A DNA stretch of 64,000 nucleotides from Eledone cirrhosa. Its lineage: Eukaryota. Shown here piece by piece: positions 41,045 through 53,324 of this stretch (position 1 is the stretch's first letter; every line of letters starts with the position of its first letter). Made by a program: the position numbers and the translations under genes. The DNA lies in assembly GCA_964016885.1 (NCBI GenBank), contig OZ024740.1, forward strand, positions 107,012,001 through 107,076,000, written 5' to 3'. A model generated the notes under the pieces. The model had not been told where the DNA came from, did not search any database, and was given only the letters and a program-made list of their open reading frames with translations.

Positions 41045-42100
41045 TTATATGTATGTATATATGTGCATATTTATATATATATATATATATGATTATTTAT
41101 GCAACCCAAATTGTGTATATGGGTTTACTTACTTCAACAATTGTTGAAACTTTTAAAAGAGTCTACCTGCCATTAGGAAGATTGACTTTAAACGTGGCTT
41201 GATGCAGATAGCTTGTACTACTTCTCCATCAAACAAGATAACAAAAATATACATTGATGATGATGGTGATACATTATAACTTTCTTCAATGTACATTATT
41301 TATCTGCCATATCAACAGTCAACCTATATTGATTTACTGAAATGCCAGCAGTCAATCAGTATTGGTTAAGTGCCATACTAGCAGTCACTTAGTATTGGTT
41401 AGACATAATAACAGCAGTGAATTAGCCTTGGTTAACTGTAATACCAGCAGTTAATCAATATAATTTTACTGCCATGCCACCAATATTTTGCAAAAGAACA
41501 GCTACCCACTCAACACTGCTTATAAACAAATATATGTTCTTGAACATTTTTGTTTTTGATTTGTTTCTATTTAAAAAATCTTCAAAAATATTAAAATTCT
41601 GTGTATCTTATTAAAACAGATACATATATTTCTGACTTTGAGGGGTTCTTTTTGTGTGTGTATGTGGGGAGGATTTAATTTTTTTTAAATGTAAATTTTA
41701 ATATCAATGTAAATTTCAGGCAAAACAAAAATGAAGTTCAAGACCGATGCCCTAGCATGGCCCCAGCCAGTCGGCTGAAACATGTAAAAGAATAACCATT
41801 CTTACTTCCAAGGAAAAAAACATTTCTCACAACCTGGAAGAGATTTCCTTACATCAGCGTCGGACCAAAAACAAAAGACATCTAGTCAAAAAAAAATGTT
41901 CAAATGTCACGAAGCTGAACAGAAGTCCTTTACAAAATACAAAATCAAGTCACAAATGAATTCAAAGGAATTCCTTACAAAATCTTTTTGAGTGCAGTTT
42001 AAGGAAACTGCTTTGCTGGCAAATGATTCTGCAAGTAAAAAAAATACCAGTCTTTAAAATGAATTCTTATAGTTCATTTCTTTAAAGTTCAGATTTTTTT

Positions 42101-42330
42101 TTATTTTCCTTCTTGTTCTTCTTGTAAACAGGAAGGCTGGAACTCAAACCAGTCAGCTAAGATGTGCATCACAGGCTGTCTTAGAATGGTCGGTAAATGC
42201 ATATAGCAGAATGGAATGACACGCGAAAGAAATCCTTTGTAGTAAACCAACTGAGGATTTTGTGAAAGAAGTCCATCAATCATAGCATTGATTACAGGTG
42301 AAATATCAGCTGATAGCATATCATCAGAGT
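42101..42330 (-). CDS. SDR gene B exon 5 (last)
   Basis: Acceptor ctacttccag; DSDDMLSADISPVINAMIDGLLSQNPQLVYYKG..EGK*. Confidence 0.9.
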
Positions 42331-42723
42331 CTGGAAGTAGAAGGGGAGAAAAAGAATCCATTAGACTTTGATCTTTGGTTTGATAACAATTCTCAATAAA
42401 TTATGTATCAAAATGTTTGATTAAAGTAGAGTTTAAATATTCCTTTATTATGACTCTTGTTTGATGATCCTGCAAGTGCGCAGGTGAAACTCCAGAGCAA
42501 ATAGACTCATTACTTAGCTATAATAAAGGAATATATATATGTATACATACTTCTAAATATATAAGCCTCAGTATTTTAATTTTCTCTTTACAAAAGATTA
42601 AATTTTAAACAACATTTAACCTAACAAATAATTAACAGGTTCAATACCAATTAAAATACACAAGTTTTATGAAAACACTCTAGACAGTGTAATGTAATAT
42701 ATGACATATAATTAAATACATAC

Positions 42724-42837
42724 CTCCTGCTTTAGGTTTGGCAATAAAGGATTCTTGTCCAAAATCTTCTTTGACAATATTTGGTGCTTCTGCCCACCAC
42801 TTCTCAGCCATCTTTTCTTTGTTATATGCTATAATTC
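42724..42837 (-). CDS. SDR gene B exon 4
   Basis: Acceptor ttttcaacag, donor gtatgt, 114 nt; GIIAYNKEKMAEKWWAEAPNIVKEDFGQESF resembles the SDR9C W...P..VKEDYG motif. Confidence 0.85.
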
Positions 42838-42929
42838 CTGTTGAAAAGAAATGGTTGAATATTGTTAATCCTGCAGTCAAAATGACATATGTATGTGCAT
42901 GTATATACACACACATACACACATAGATT

Positions 42930-42972
<43 letters not shown>

Positions 42973-43464
42973 ATTTGCTTGTTGGAAACAATAGTAATAG
43001 TAATAATGGTTCAATTATCTACTCTTTGGTGACCAAACTGCCTAAAACCACCCCTGGTTCTATGATACAAAATTGTCTATTTTAAAGTGTTTATATTTAT
43101 CTCATCATAACATTATGTAAGAACTTTTATGTTATGTTTCAAATACTAGCTTAATAATGAACAAAAATAGTTATTTTACAAAATCTTACAAAATTCTTCA
43201 TTATTTTCAAAATTACTTCAAAATTATATGCTATCTTTCATTAGAAATATGGTAATGAAAGGATTAAACTATTTTTTAATTATCAAATTGGTTTAAAATT
43301 ATCTGTATATGTATTTTAAGTTTTGATTAATAAATATAATTATCAAATATTTCCATATATGTAATTTAATGTTTAGATTATGAAATAGATTTGAATACTA
43401 ATTTTCCACTTAAAAAATAATAATGATTATGTTTTATAAAATGCCATAGAACTGTGTTACTTAC

Positions 43465-43785
43465 CAGTTTTATATCCACTTGGCACAATTGTGGACACCT
43501 TCACTCCCCATCTTTCATTCTCAGCACGAAGAACCTCTGATAACATGAACAGGGCAGACTTTGAGCAGCAATATGCAGCCATCAAAGCTACTGGAGCTAA
43601 ACCAGCGTTACTGGATACATTTACTATCCGACCTTGGCTTCTCCGAAGTAAAGGTAGAAATTTGCGGCACAACAGGAATGGTCCACGAAAGTTGACATCC
43701 ATAATCTTGAGGGAGTCATCGGTGGAAATCATCTCAGAATTTCCAATGTAACAAATTCCTGCATTGTTAACCAATCCCCACAGAG
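43465..43785 (-). CDS. SDR gene B exon 3 (catalytic)
   Basis: LWGLVNNAG..GRIVNVSS..YCCSK..GVKVSTIVPSGYKT; canonical ag/gt. Confidence 0.93.
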
Positions 43786-44120
43786 CTGGAAAACCAAAAA
43801 GAATGAACAATAAATTTTTGAATACTTAAAACAAATTTTAAAAAATTATTTTTGATTGTAACTTAGAAAAGAGTTAATTATTAAAAATATAACTGATTAA
43901 AATGATAAATTAATTATCAAAAAAGTTATCATCATCATCCTTTTATACCCATTTTTCCAGGGAAGTTTTGGCATTTCTTCATCCATAGGCAGCACACTGC
44001 ATCTCATTTCTCTTGTACCCAGTTTTTCTCTCAGCTCATTCATATTTTATCATTCATACACACAGACATACATCTACAAAAAATTCTTTGTAAAATAAAA
44101 AAAATAATACTTCAACTTAC

Positions 44121-44333
44121 TGTAATTATTTAAGTTTTCTGCAACTGTCTCAAATGCTGTGTCAATCTGATATTGGTTTGAGACATCAAGTTGGAGGATG
44201 TGTAATAAGGGTGAACATTTGTCCTTCAATTCAGCAGCTCCATCACCACTTTTATCAAGACAACCAGCAAATACTTTAAATCCAAGTTGATCCAGCTTGA
44301 TAGCTAATGCTTGCCCAAATCCTCGATCACAAC
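44121..44333 (-). CDS. SDR gene B exon 2
   Basis: GCDRGFG completes TGxxxGxG; GFKVFAGCL, LQLDVS; canonical splice sites. Confidence 0.93.
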
Positions 44334-45491
44334 CTGTTAGGGATAACAAAAAAAAATCATCATTATTAGCTCACATATTTTAAATGATTGATTAAATGTC
44401 ATTCTGTATATAAACCTGCAATTAAATGTTTAAAAAGTTAGACTCATTAACCTTAATTAAGAACAATTCTAATTAGGCTTTCCAGCCAACGATTAGTCAG
44501 TTACATAGTTATTAAACTGCTATTTCCCCGAGAAAATAAACTTTTGGTTTGTAGTGACAAAAATGTTGTTATACTACTAATTTTGTGATAGCATATGAAA
44601 CAACATTATCAAATTCCGCCGAGGTTAACTTTGCCTTTCATCCTTACGGGGTCGATAAAATAAAGTACCAGTCACGCACTGGAGTCGATTTAATCGACTT
44701 TCCACCTCCCGCCAAAAATTGCTGGCCTTGTGCCTATATAAGAAATCATTATCAAACAGCAGGTGGATTGGCAGTATCGTTAGAGGGTCGGACGCCATGC
44801 TTTGCAGCAAAGAGTTACGGCCCTTGCTATTCTGAGTTCAAATCCCGTCGAGGTTAACATTGCCTTTCATCTTTACGAAGTCGATAAAATAAAGTACCAG
44901 TAATGCACTGGAATAATTGCTGGCCTTGTGCCAAAAAGTAGAAACAATTATTAAGTCACACTATCAAACAACATTATCAACCAGCTATATCATTCCATGA
45001 TCACATTATTAAAAAAGAAACATAATGATAATTTTAAGAAAATAAAGGAGCTAATCATCTGCACAGACCAAAGAAACTGTTTCCCTGGGTCTTTCCATTG
45101 CTGATACTATCTACCAGTCACAACTCCAAGCAGAAGATGAGATTTGAACTTAGAACAGCATCCCACCCAACTCTTCAACGCACTTGTCAATCCACTAAAA
45201 GGATAAAAAGTGAAGTTGAACTCAACTGGAACAAACACTAATTCATTGTTGTGGTAAAAACTTTCTTTAAATTTCAAGAGATGGAGTGGGGTGATAAATG
45301 ATAGTTCTAAAATATACTAAGGGTGTCCTAGCAACAACACACCGCACACCGTCATGTGCCCATGCTTTTCTTTGCTTGGAAAGAGAAGAAAGGAATAAAA
45401 ACATGTTTGCAGGCTCAACTAGATATTTAGGAGCAGGAGAAACGAGATTATATTTAGTAGGATGGGTAAAAAAAAATATAATAAAACTCAC

Positions 45492-45864
45492 CTGTAATGA
45501 GAACAGCTTTGTTGGATACAGACAGCTTCTGTGAGGGGATGTTGCCATGTATGACCAGGACACTGACAGCTAACACGAAGAAATCTATGTGATAAGACTG
45601 CTGGGATGGGTTAGATGTTGTCCAATAATAGACACCGGCTAGTAATATCAACTTCATCATTAAACTTCGGTGTATCATTGCTTTCTTCTTTAACAGTTTT
45701 AACATCAGGTAACAGAGAATGATGTACAACAACCATTTAGCAAAGTAAAAATAGTCGTATTGCTGTTGTTTATCCATGTTTAACTTAGGACTGTTTGTTT
45801 GTCTGGAATCGCCACTACTGGATGGTGATTTCAATATACCGTTAACTGTTAGCATTGTTTCCAT
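45492..45864 (-). CDS. SDR gene B exon 1; full CDS 1251 nt, 416 aa, membrane-anchored SDR9C/RDH/17beta-HSD/BDH1-like
   Basis: ATG at 45864, hydrophobic segments, KAVLITG then donor gtgagt; all five exons join in frame; start codon uncertain. Confidence 0.82.
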
Positions 45865-46896
45865 AGTTCTATTAGTAATAGTAGAAATTTTAAAAAGATG
45901 TTTCGAGGAAAGAATTTTTACGATTTGAAAGTTTTCACTTAAGTTTGCGAACTGAAGTTCTGCTTGCGACAGCCGAATATTTATAGTTAAGCGAGGTATT
46001 TTTAAAAGTGGTTTTTCCGCCACTTATATCACATTTTGTCATCTCTTTCTTCACCTCTTCCTTTTCCATTTTCACAGATCCTGTTGTGTGTATGGCTGGA
46101 GGCAGGGACAGCTGAAATAACCATTACATGAGAGACGGTGACAAGTGTTTGTGCATGTATGGATAAATGTCGTAATACGCTTGTGTCGGTCTGTCTGTGT
46201 GTGTGTGTGCTGTTATGGTGGTTGTGGTGTGAGTAGCTATGTATGCACTTGTATCTGCCTCTGTATGATATTGTTGTTGTGTTTGATGGACTGTGTATGT
46301 GTATGAGTTAGCACATATCTGTCTGTGTATGCATGTGTGCTGTTGTGGTAGTGTGAGGAGTATGAGCTTGTGTCTGTGTGTTATTGTTGTGTTTTGAGGG
46401 GCTGCGTGAATATGCGTTTGTGTCTACCTATGTGTGAATGGTGTTGTTGTTGTGGTAGTGTGTGAGGCTGTGTAAGTATGTACTTGTATGTCCGTCTGTG
46501 TGTGTGTGTGTTGTGTTGTGAGGGAATGCGTGTGTGTATGTGTATATATATATATATATATAAACGTTGGTACGTAAAGGTGTGTGTGTAAACGTGTATT
46601 TGCGTGCGTCTGCGGTGAGAGTACTCGTGAAGACACGTGGGTGTCTGTGTGTGTAATTGATTGTGCGTATATATATGTATGTGTGTGTGAGAGAGTGATT
46701 GTATGTATATATATATATGTGTATACGTGTGTGTGTAAGTGATTGTGTGTATATATATATATGTAAGTGTGTGAGTGATTGTGTGTGTGTGTGTGTGTAT
46801 ATATACACAGAGGAAGGCATAGCATATTATTAATATGATATCCCCGAAATATATATAATGAAATAAATATGGTTTTATAAATATAGTTTCCATTTA

Positions 46897-46938
<42 letters not shown>

Positions 46939-48210
46939 TTTGTACGTACTGCCTCTGTTTTGTTCCCGGTCCATTTTCACTATATATATATATATATATA
47001 TATATGTACGCGTGTATGTGTGAAAATGTGTTTGAGTGATTCTATTTAGTGTGTGTGTTTATGCGTACGTGTATATATATGTGTGTATGTGTTTGTGTGT
47101 ATATGTCTGTGTGTAGGTATGTGTTTGTATGTATATATATGTGTGTGTGTATATATGTTTGTGTGTGTATATATATATATATATATACGTACGTGTGTAT
47201 GTGTTTATGTGTGTGTATATATATATATATATATACGTGTGTGTGTGTGTGTGTTCATATGTGTGTATGTATGTTTGTGTGTATATTAGTGCTTGTAGGT
47301 ATATGTTTGAATATATATGCGTGTGTGTATGTGTGTATATATATGCGTAGTGTGTGTGTCTGTGTGATTATGTGTGTGTGTGTGTGTGTGAGTGTGTGTG
47401 TGTGATTACATGCGACTATAGTATAATTGTTTCTACTTTTGGCACAAGGCCAGCAATTACCCAGTGCATTACTGGTACTTTATTTTATCGACCCCGTAAG
47501 GATGAAAGGCAAAGTTAACCTCGGCGCGGTTTGAACTCAGATCATAAAGGGACGTAACTCTATGCTTCAAAGCATGGTGTCCGACTCACTACCGATACTG
47601 CCAATCCCCCGCGACTATAGTATAATATTCATTAATGAATTGTCAAAAAAAAACGAGGAAAGAAAGACAGGAAGTGGGAGTGTTTACTACAAAATCAATT
47701 TTTTTTTTTTCTTATATACTTTTACTGTGGTCATGCTGAGACACCGTCAGTGGCACACTATTTATATGGCCCCAAGCTAATTTTCAGCTAGCGAAATGAA
47801 TCTCACACAAGAAATATAATCGAATTTTCTGCCAGGGGTTCCATGCAAGCTTAATCCATCCCTGGACACCGGCATCAAGGGATTCAGTCGATCATATCTA
47901 CCTCAGTAATTATTTTATCGATCTCTTTATCGAGCAAGCATGCGTACTCTTAACATAGTACTCAGGGAGATTCAGCATGACACAGCATATGACATGTCTG
48001 ACTCTTTGAATCACAGGTACAACTCATTTTTGTTTCCAATTGAATCAACTGGACCAACAGGAAAGAAAATGTTTTATTGAAGGACAACGCACTGAACACT
48101 TCTAACCACTAAGCCACGGATCTTCACACACACACACACACACACGCACGCACATATATATATATACAATGATATTGAATAAATGGAAACTATATTTATA
48201 AAACCATATT

Positions 48211-48271
48211 TATTCTATTATATATATTTCAAGAGTACCAAAATTTTGGTACGCTATCATCAGATAAAATA
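48211..48271 (-). ncRNA. Type I hammerhead motif (inverted arm)
   Basis: Mirror of 48407-48467. Confidence 0.65.
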
Positions 48272-48406
48272 CGAAGTGTGTTTTATAATTTTTGACATAA
48301 CCAAGGAGAATATACCTTAAGGGTTCAAGTTTTCCTTGGATAGGAAAACTTGAACCCTTAAGGTATATTCTCCTTGGTTATGTCAAAAATTATAAAACAC
48401 ACTTCG

Positions 48407-48467
48407 TATTTTATCTGATGATAGCGTACCAAAATTTTGGTACTCTTGAAATATATATAATAGAATA
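48407..48467 (+). ncRNA. Type I hammerhead motif
   Basis: tattttat-CTGATGA-tagcgtaccaa aatt ttggtactctt-GAAA-TATATA-TA-atagaata. Confidence 0.68.
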
Positions 48468-48605
48468 AATATGGTTTTATAAATATAGTTTCCATTTATT
48501 CAATATCATTGTATATTATACTCCAGAAAACTTGTCGAGTGCTCTGAATTAGTTATAAACATTTATATTTGTTGAATTACCAACAAATTGAATATCCCTT
48601 CTGCT

Positions 48606-48640
<35 letters not shown>

Positions 48641-49193
48641 GATGTTATCTTTTTTTTTTTACAAAATGAAAACTAACCGAGGTATCCTACACGAGTTAAA
48701 GTATAAGGAAAAAAGATGAAATCGAAAATGCAACTGGAATCTTTTTTTTTTTAAATATATATTTATTTGGCTCCTTTACCGGTTTCGCAGTTCTTTTGTT
48801 TCGCAGTGCATTTCCTTATATATATGTGGGGGGGGGGGGGGGGGGGCGTGTGTGTGTGTGTGCGTGTGTGTGTGTGTGTAATTAGAAGGTGAACAGTTAT
48901 ATTTTCTATACATAGAGCACTCTTTTTTCCTTTGCTTTTCCTTTGGAATTACCTAACATATATATGTAATAAACAACATAAAATAATTATTTCATTTACC
49001 AGTGGTTTCTTGAAAGCAACCAAGAAAGCTTTCAAGAAACCACTGGTAAACTAACATATATATATATATATATATATATATAGTAATAATAATAAATTTG
49101 AAGACTAAAATCCAAAGAGGGCTCGATAAGGATAGATATATATCAAATATATAAGAACCGTAGAGCAAATATTTATTAAAATAACAGATTAAA

Positions 49194-49242
49194 GTTTAAG
49201 CAAAAAATCGCTGCTTTCACCCTTAACGGGATCTTCTGAAAC
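49194..49242 (-). ncRNA. Hammerhead-like motif with CAGAAGA core (U4A)
   Basis: gttt-CAGAAGA-tccc gttaa gggt-GAAA-GCA..TGC-TT-aaac; family also at ~8100-8262 and 32195-32270. Confidence 0.45.
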
Positions 49243-49259
49243 TAACAAAGTCAATGATA

Positions 49260-49290
<31 letters not shown>

Positions 49291-49333
49291 CATAAAACAT
49301 GTCCTTAGAATTATTAGATAAAATATATACCAT

Positions 49334-49370
<37 letters not shown>

Positions 49371-49626
49371 TTATATATATATATATATATATATAATTGT
49401 TTCTACTATTGGCACAAGGCCAGCAATTACCCAGTACATTACTGGTACTTTATTTTATCGACCCTGTAAGGATGAAAGGCAAAGTTAACCTCGGCGGGAT
49501 TTGAACTCAGAATGGCAAGGGCCGTAACTCTATGCGTCAAAAGCATAGCGTCCGACCCTCTACCGATACTGCCAATTCTATATAATATATATAAAGTATT
49601 ATATATATATATATATATTTATATAT

Positions 49627-51460
49627 AATGTTCCATTTAATCTACAAATTAAAGATAATATCCCTAAAAAAATGTTTACTATCCTAGAGAAAAACTTCCC
49701 GCCAAACCATAAATACCATCAAATTTGAAATAGATCAACTGTCAAATTTTCCTACTCCACTACCAAAAATATACAACAAAATATAAGTGCGTACAACGCA
49801 TATAAATGTAAAAAAAACCACGAATATACCACCAACACATCAAACCAACCATAATACTAAAATAAACCTCAACAAACCACCATCTCCTTCACTTATAACA
49901 AGTCGAGTAAATTCCACACCAAATTTGACTAACTCCCCTGATATAATATTCACGAATGGTTGTAACTGTAGAATCAAAAGAAATTGCCCATTAAAGGGAA
50001 ATTGTCTTATTAATAACATAGTCTATAAATGTAAAATTATCACTAAGGACTCCATTTATTCATATATAGGAGCTACGTCTAACCAATTTAAAGTAAGATT
50101 TAATACCCACAAACATAGTTTTAAAAATGCCGCATTAGCTAATACAACATCCTTGGCTGAAACAATTAATAATTATAGAAAAAAGAATATCGATTGCAAC
50201 CTGACCTGGAGTGTGCTCAAAATAACAGATAGTGTAGATTATGCCCCAGGAACTTTTTGAAATAATGAAATCTAAGGATATCCTATTAAATAAGCGACAA
50301 GGATTAATTATATCTTGCAATCATAGAATTAGAAGAACCTTCAAATATTATAAACCTAATTAATATACACCTTACACTTATATTTTACATATTATTATAA
50401 TTAGATTTTTTAATTTAGTTAACCTATAATTAGTACTTTACTACAGAGAACTTCATAATTTTATTTCCCTCTTACAGCTCTCTTTTCCTAAAATTAATAC
50501 CTAAAAGTATACATATAAATTAATTTAATTTCCTGTTATGAATCTAGATTCCTTGTAGTTTATATAAGATTGGTATTTCTCACTACTATCCTTATCCCAA
50601 AATTTTATTTTCCTTCGTTTTTAACATTCTTTAATAACATCTAATTCTTATTTATCACTTCCATATGAATTAATATAAATTTATCCCTATAAGTATACCT
50701 ATCAATTAATTTAATTTCTTGTTATAGATCTAGATTCCTTGTGGTTTAAATAAGATTGGTATTTCTCAATAATACCCTTACCCTAAAATTTTACTTTCCT
50801 TCGTTTTTAACATTATTCTTTAATAACATCAAATTTTCGTGTACCCCTCACCGGCTTGACCTCTTTTCATCCCCAAAGTATTCTTTTCATTCAAAGTATT
50901 CTTTCCATTCAAAATATAAGTCTGCACTCCTCTACCCATAAATTAAATTTCTACTACTGCTATTCTATCAACTTGACCTCTAACTACTTTTCTATTGGTC
51001 AATTCAAAACCTGTTCCAAACAGACCTATTATATTAAATCTTTGTTGTTTTTTTTTCAATAAACAAATCTCATCATTTCTGAAGACAGCATATATATGTG
51101 AAGGTATGTATATTTCCTCTGATAGTTTGTAATATTTTTACATAGATCTATATGATATACATACCAACACACATATACATCCTAGAAACGATCGTAAAAT
51201 GATGAATTTTTTAATATAAGGAACTTGTTCTTTCTTTTTATTCATTGTTTTTATTAATTTATCTTGATTCTGTTTTCCTATGATTTTCATCGAAAACTTT
51301 TGAATGCATCCCTCTCTTTTCATGATATTTGGATTACATTGAGTTCTTCATACGGATTGGACACTACCGTATATTTTGATAGATTTATCTACATATATTT
51401 ATATATATATATCACATGGCAGTTCTATACAATAAATGTTATTCCCACTCTTCTGGAATA
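49627..51460 (+). mobile_element. Penelope-like element 3' fragment (GIY-YIG, pseudogenised) with 3' pLTR
   Basis: FPPNHKYHQI*NRSTVKFSYST, GCNCRIKRNCPLKGNC, IVYKC..SYIGAT..FKVRFNTH. Confidence 0.85.
51070..51205 (+). ncRNA. Type I hammerhead with very long stem II
   Basis: tcatcattt-CTGAAGA-(~99 nt, ggtatgtatat/atatacatacc helix)-GAAA-CGATCG-TA-aaatgatga. Confidence 0.7.
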
Positions 51461-51656
51461 TGATATTTTAAATAATAATAATATGTGTGTCTGTGTGTGG
51501 GTGTGTGGGTGCGTGGGTGTGAGGACCGTGGCTTATAGGTTAGAAGTGTTCAGCGCGTTGTGTCCTTCAATAAAGCATTTTATTTCCTGTTGCTCCTGTT
51601 CACTCAATTTGAAAAAGAAAATGAATTATACCTGTGATTCAATATATATATATATA

Positions 51657-53322
51657 GGAAAATTATGGCCCCGACGGCAGAGCTCAAGTCGTTTCGATGG
51701 CTATTTCTGGACTAAATTAGAATTTTTAGCCTGGTGAATAAATAGCCGAACTTGTCAACGGGGTACTTCCTTATATGGGAAGATTGTAGTTGTCAAGACG
51801 ATTGGTTAAAATTTGTTGTAAACACAAATACGTCTATCATGGCATTTGGTGGGAGGTAGGGGTGGCTTAACTTGCCTATAGAACAATAGGGGAGTGAGTG
51901 GAGCGGTCAAGCGTTGAAAGTGATATGTATACAGCAGATTCTAAGGGTAGTGTATGAAGTGGAGGAGGGAGGTTATAGAATAGGTAAATCGAATGAGAGT
52001 AGGAGACAATAAAAGATAATAGAAAGAAATAAAAAAATATATAAAATTAGATAGTGAGAAATTAATTAAAAAAAATCTCAATGCTATCTTACAGGTTAAT
52101 AAGTTGAGAATAGAAAAACCTTGTAGAAATTGAGTAGTACCAAAACTGATACAAAAATAAAAGGGGTTTAACACGTCTGCTATAAGTAGTTAGTAAAACG
52201 TATTCGGCCAATTCTATCTTTAAATTACAGGGGTGGGGGAACTGATGCTACAGAGGCCCGATGGGCTGCATCGGGGTAGGCGAAAGGGGAAAAGCAGACG
52301 AGGAAGAAAATAGGGGGTGGAAGGAAGTGATAGGATGAGACAGGTGGAAGAAGACAATGAGGAAAAGAAAAGAAAAGAGATACATCTACCTATGTAAACT
52401 GGGGTTTCCCCTAACTTATTCGGCAAGTGGGGGAGGGGGTATCAGCCCTTGTCTACATACCCGGGTCGTTATGGGGTTTGAGGGCGAGGTAAGTCCTACG
52501 CAATCTGTGTTTGCATGCGGTTACCAGTTCGTCTTTCTTGTTTAGGCGTTGGTCCTTCGAAAATAGCATTTGTAATGTTTCCTCCGAGCATAAGTTACAC
52601 GGACGGCGTCCTGCCGTGTAAGAGTTAGCTCTGGACAGTAAGCTCCAAGTGAGATCGTAGGTTATATTATTATCTTGGGGGTCCCAGATGTAGCTCGAAA
52701 GTGTAGTGGCATGTCGCCGGACCGGGTTTCGGGAAGTATGGCGGTGTTAGTAGAGCCGGGTCTTGAAGTCACACGCGGTTAATCCTATATAAGCTTTGTT
52801 GGAGGTGTCCGTCCTCACGTTGCACTGGTAGATCACGTTACGTTCTCGGCATTTGTTGTTGAGGGGGCACGTAGATCTATCAGGGCAGTTACCCCTCCTG
52901 GTCGGCTCTCCACTGATGTCTAGGTTATTTCTTCCATAGGGGCTGAGTTTTTTGTTGTTTGAGGAGACGATATTTTGTGCGAAGTTATATGTGGTGCTGT
53001 AGGAGAGTTTGGTGGTGTTTTTGTTGATTATGTTGTGGTAGCGGTGTTGTAGTGGGAAGTGTTTTTCGAGGAGTCTAAAGAAGATTTTCCCGATAGGTGT
53101 TGCCACCTCGGCATTATGGGGAGGATTGAACCACGTTACGTTGCGTGAGCGGCGGTGTCGCCTGCTGGTTCCGCTAAGGGAAGCTGGATAAAAGGATATT
53201 TCCTCCCGGAAGCCTCTCCACTTGAGGGCCTGATTGTAATGAGGCGCGTGTTCGTCGAATATCTGCTCATTAGCGGACAAACGAGATATGCGGAGGGAGA
53301 TGTTTTTAACCAGGTTAAACAT
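51657..53322 (-). mobile_element. Penelope-like element 3' fragment (GIY-YIG) with 3' pLTR
   Basis: RISRLSANEQIF, WFNPP, KLSYSTT, CPLNNKC, VIYQC..AYIGLT..FKTRLY. Confidence 0.88.
51669..51763 (-). ncRNA. Hammerhead motif, U3-A8 variant, at the Penelope 3' end
   Basis: cccc g-TTGACAA-gttcggctattt..aaatagccatc-GAAA-CGAC ttgagctct GCCG-TC-gggg. Confidence 0.55.
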
Positions 53323-53324
53323 CA

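Larger units (their letters stand above)
48162..48516. repeat. Perfect hairpin, 175-bp arms, 5-nt loop
   Basis: 48162-48336 is the reverse complement of 48342-48516. Confidence 0.9.

Noticed and set aside
45865-46023. N-terminal extension of the gene B ORF in the track
   Set aside because: Begins at a GTG (bacterial-style call); first ATG is at 45864
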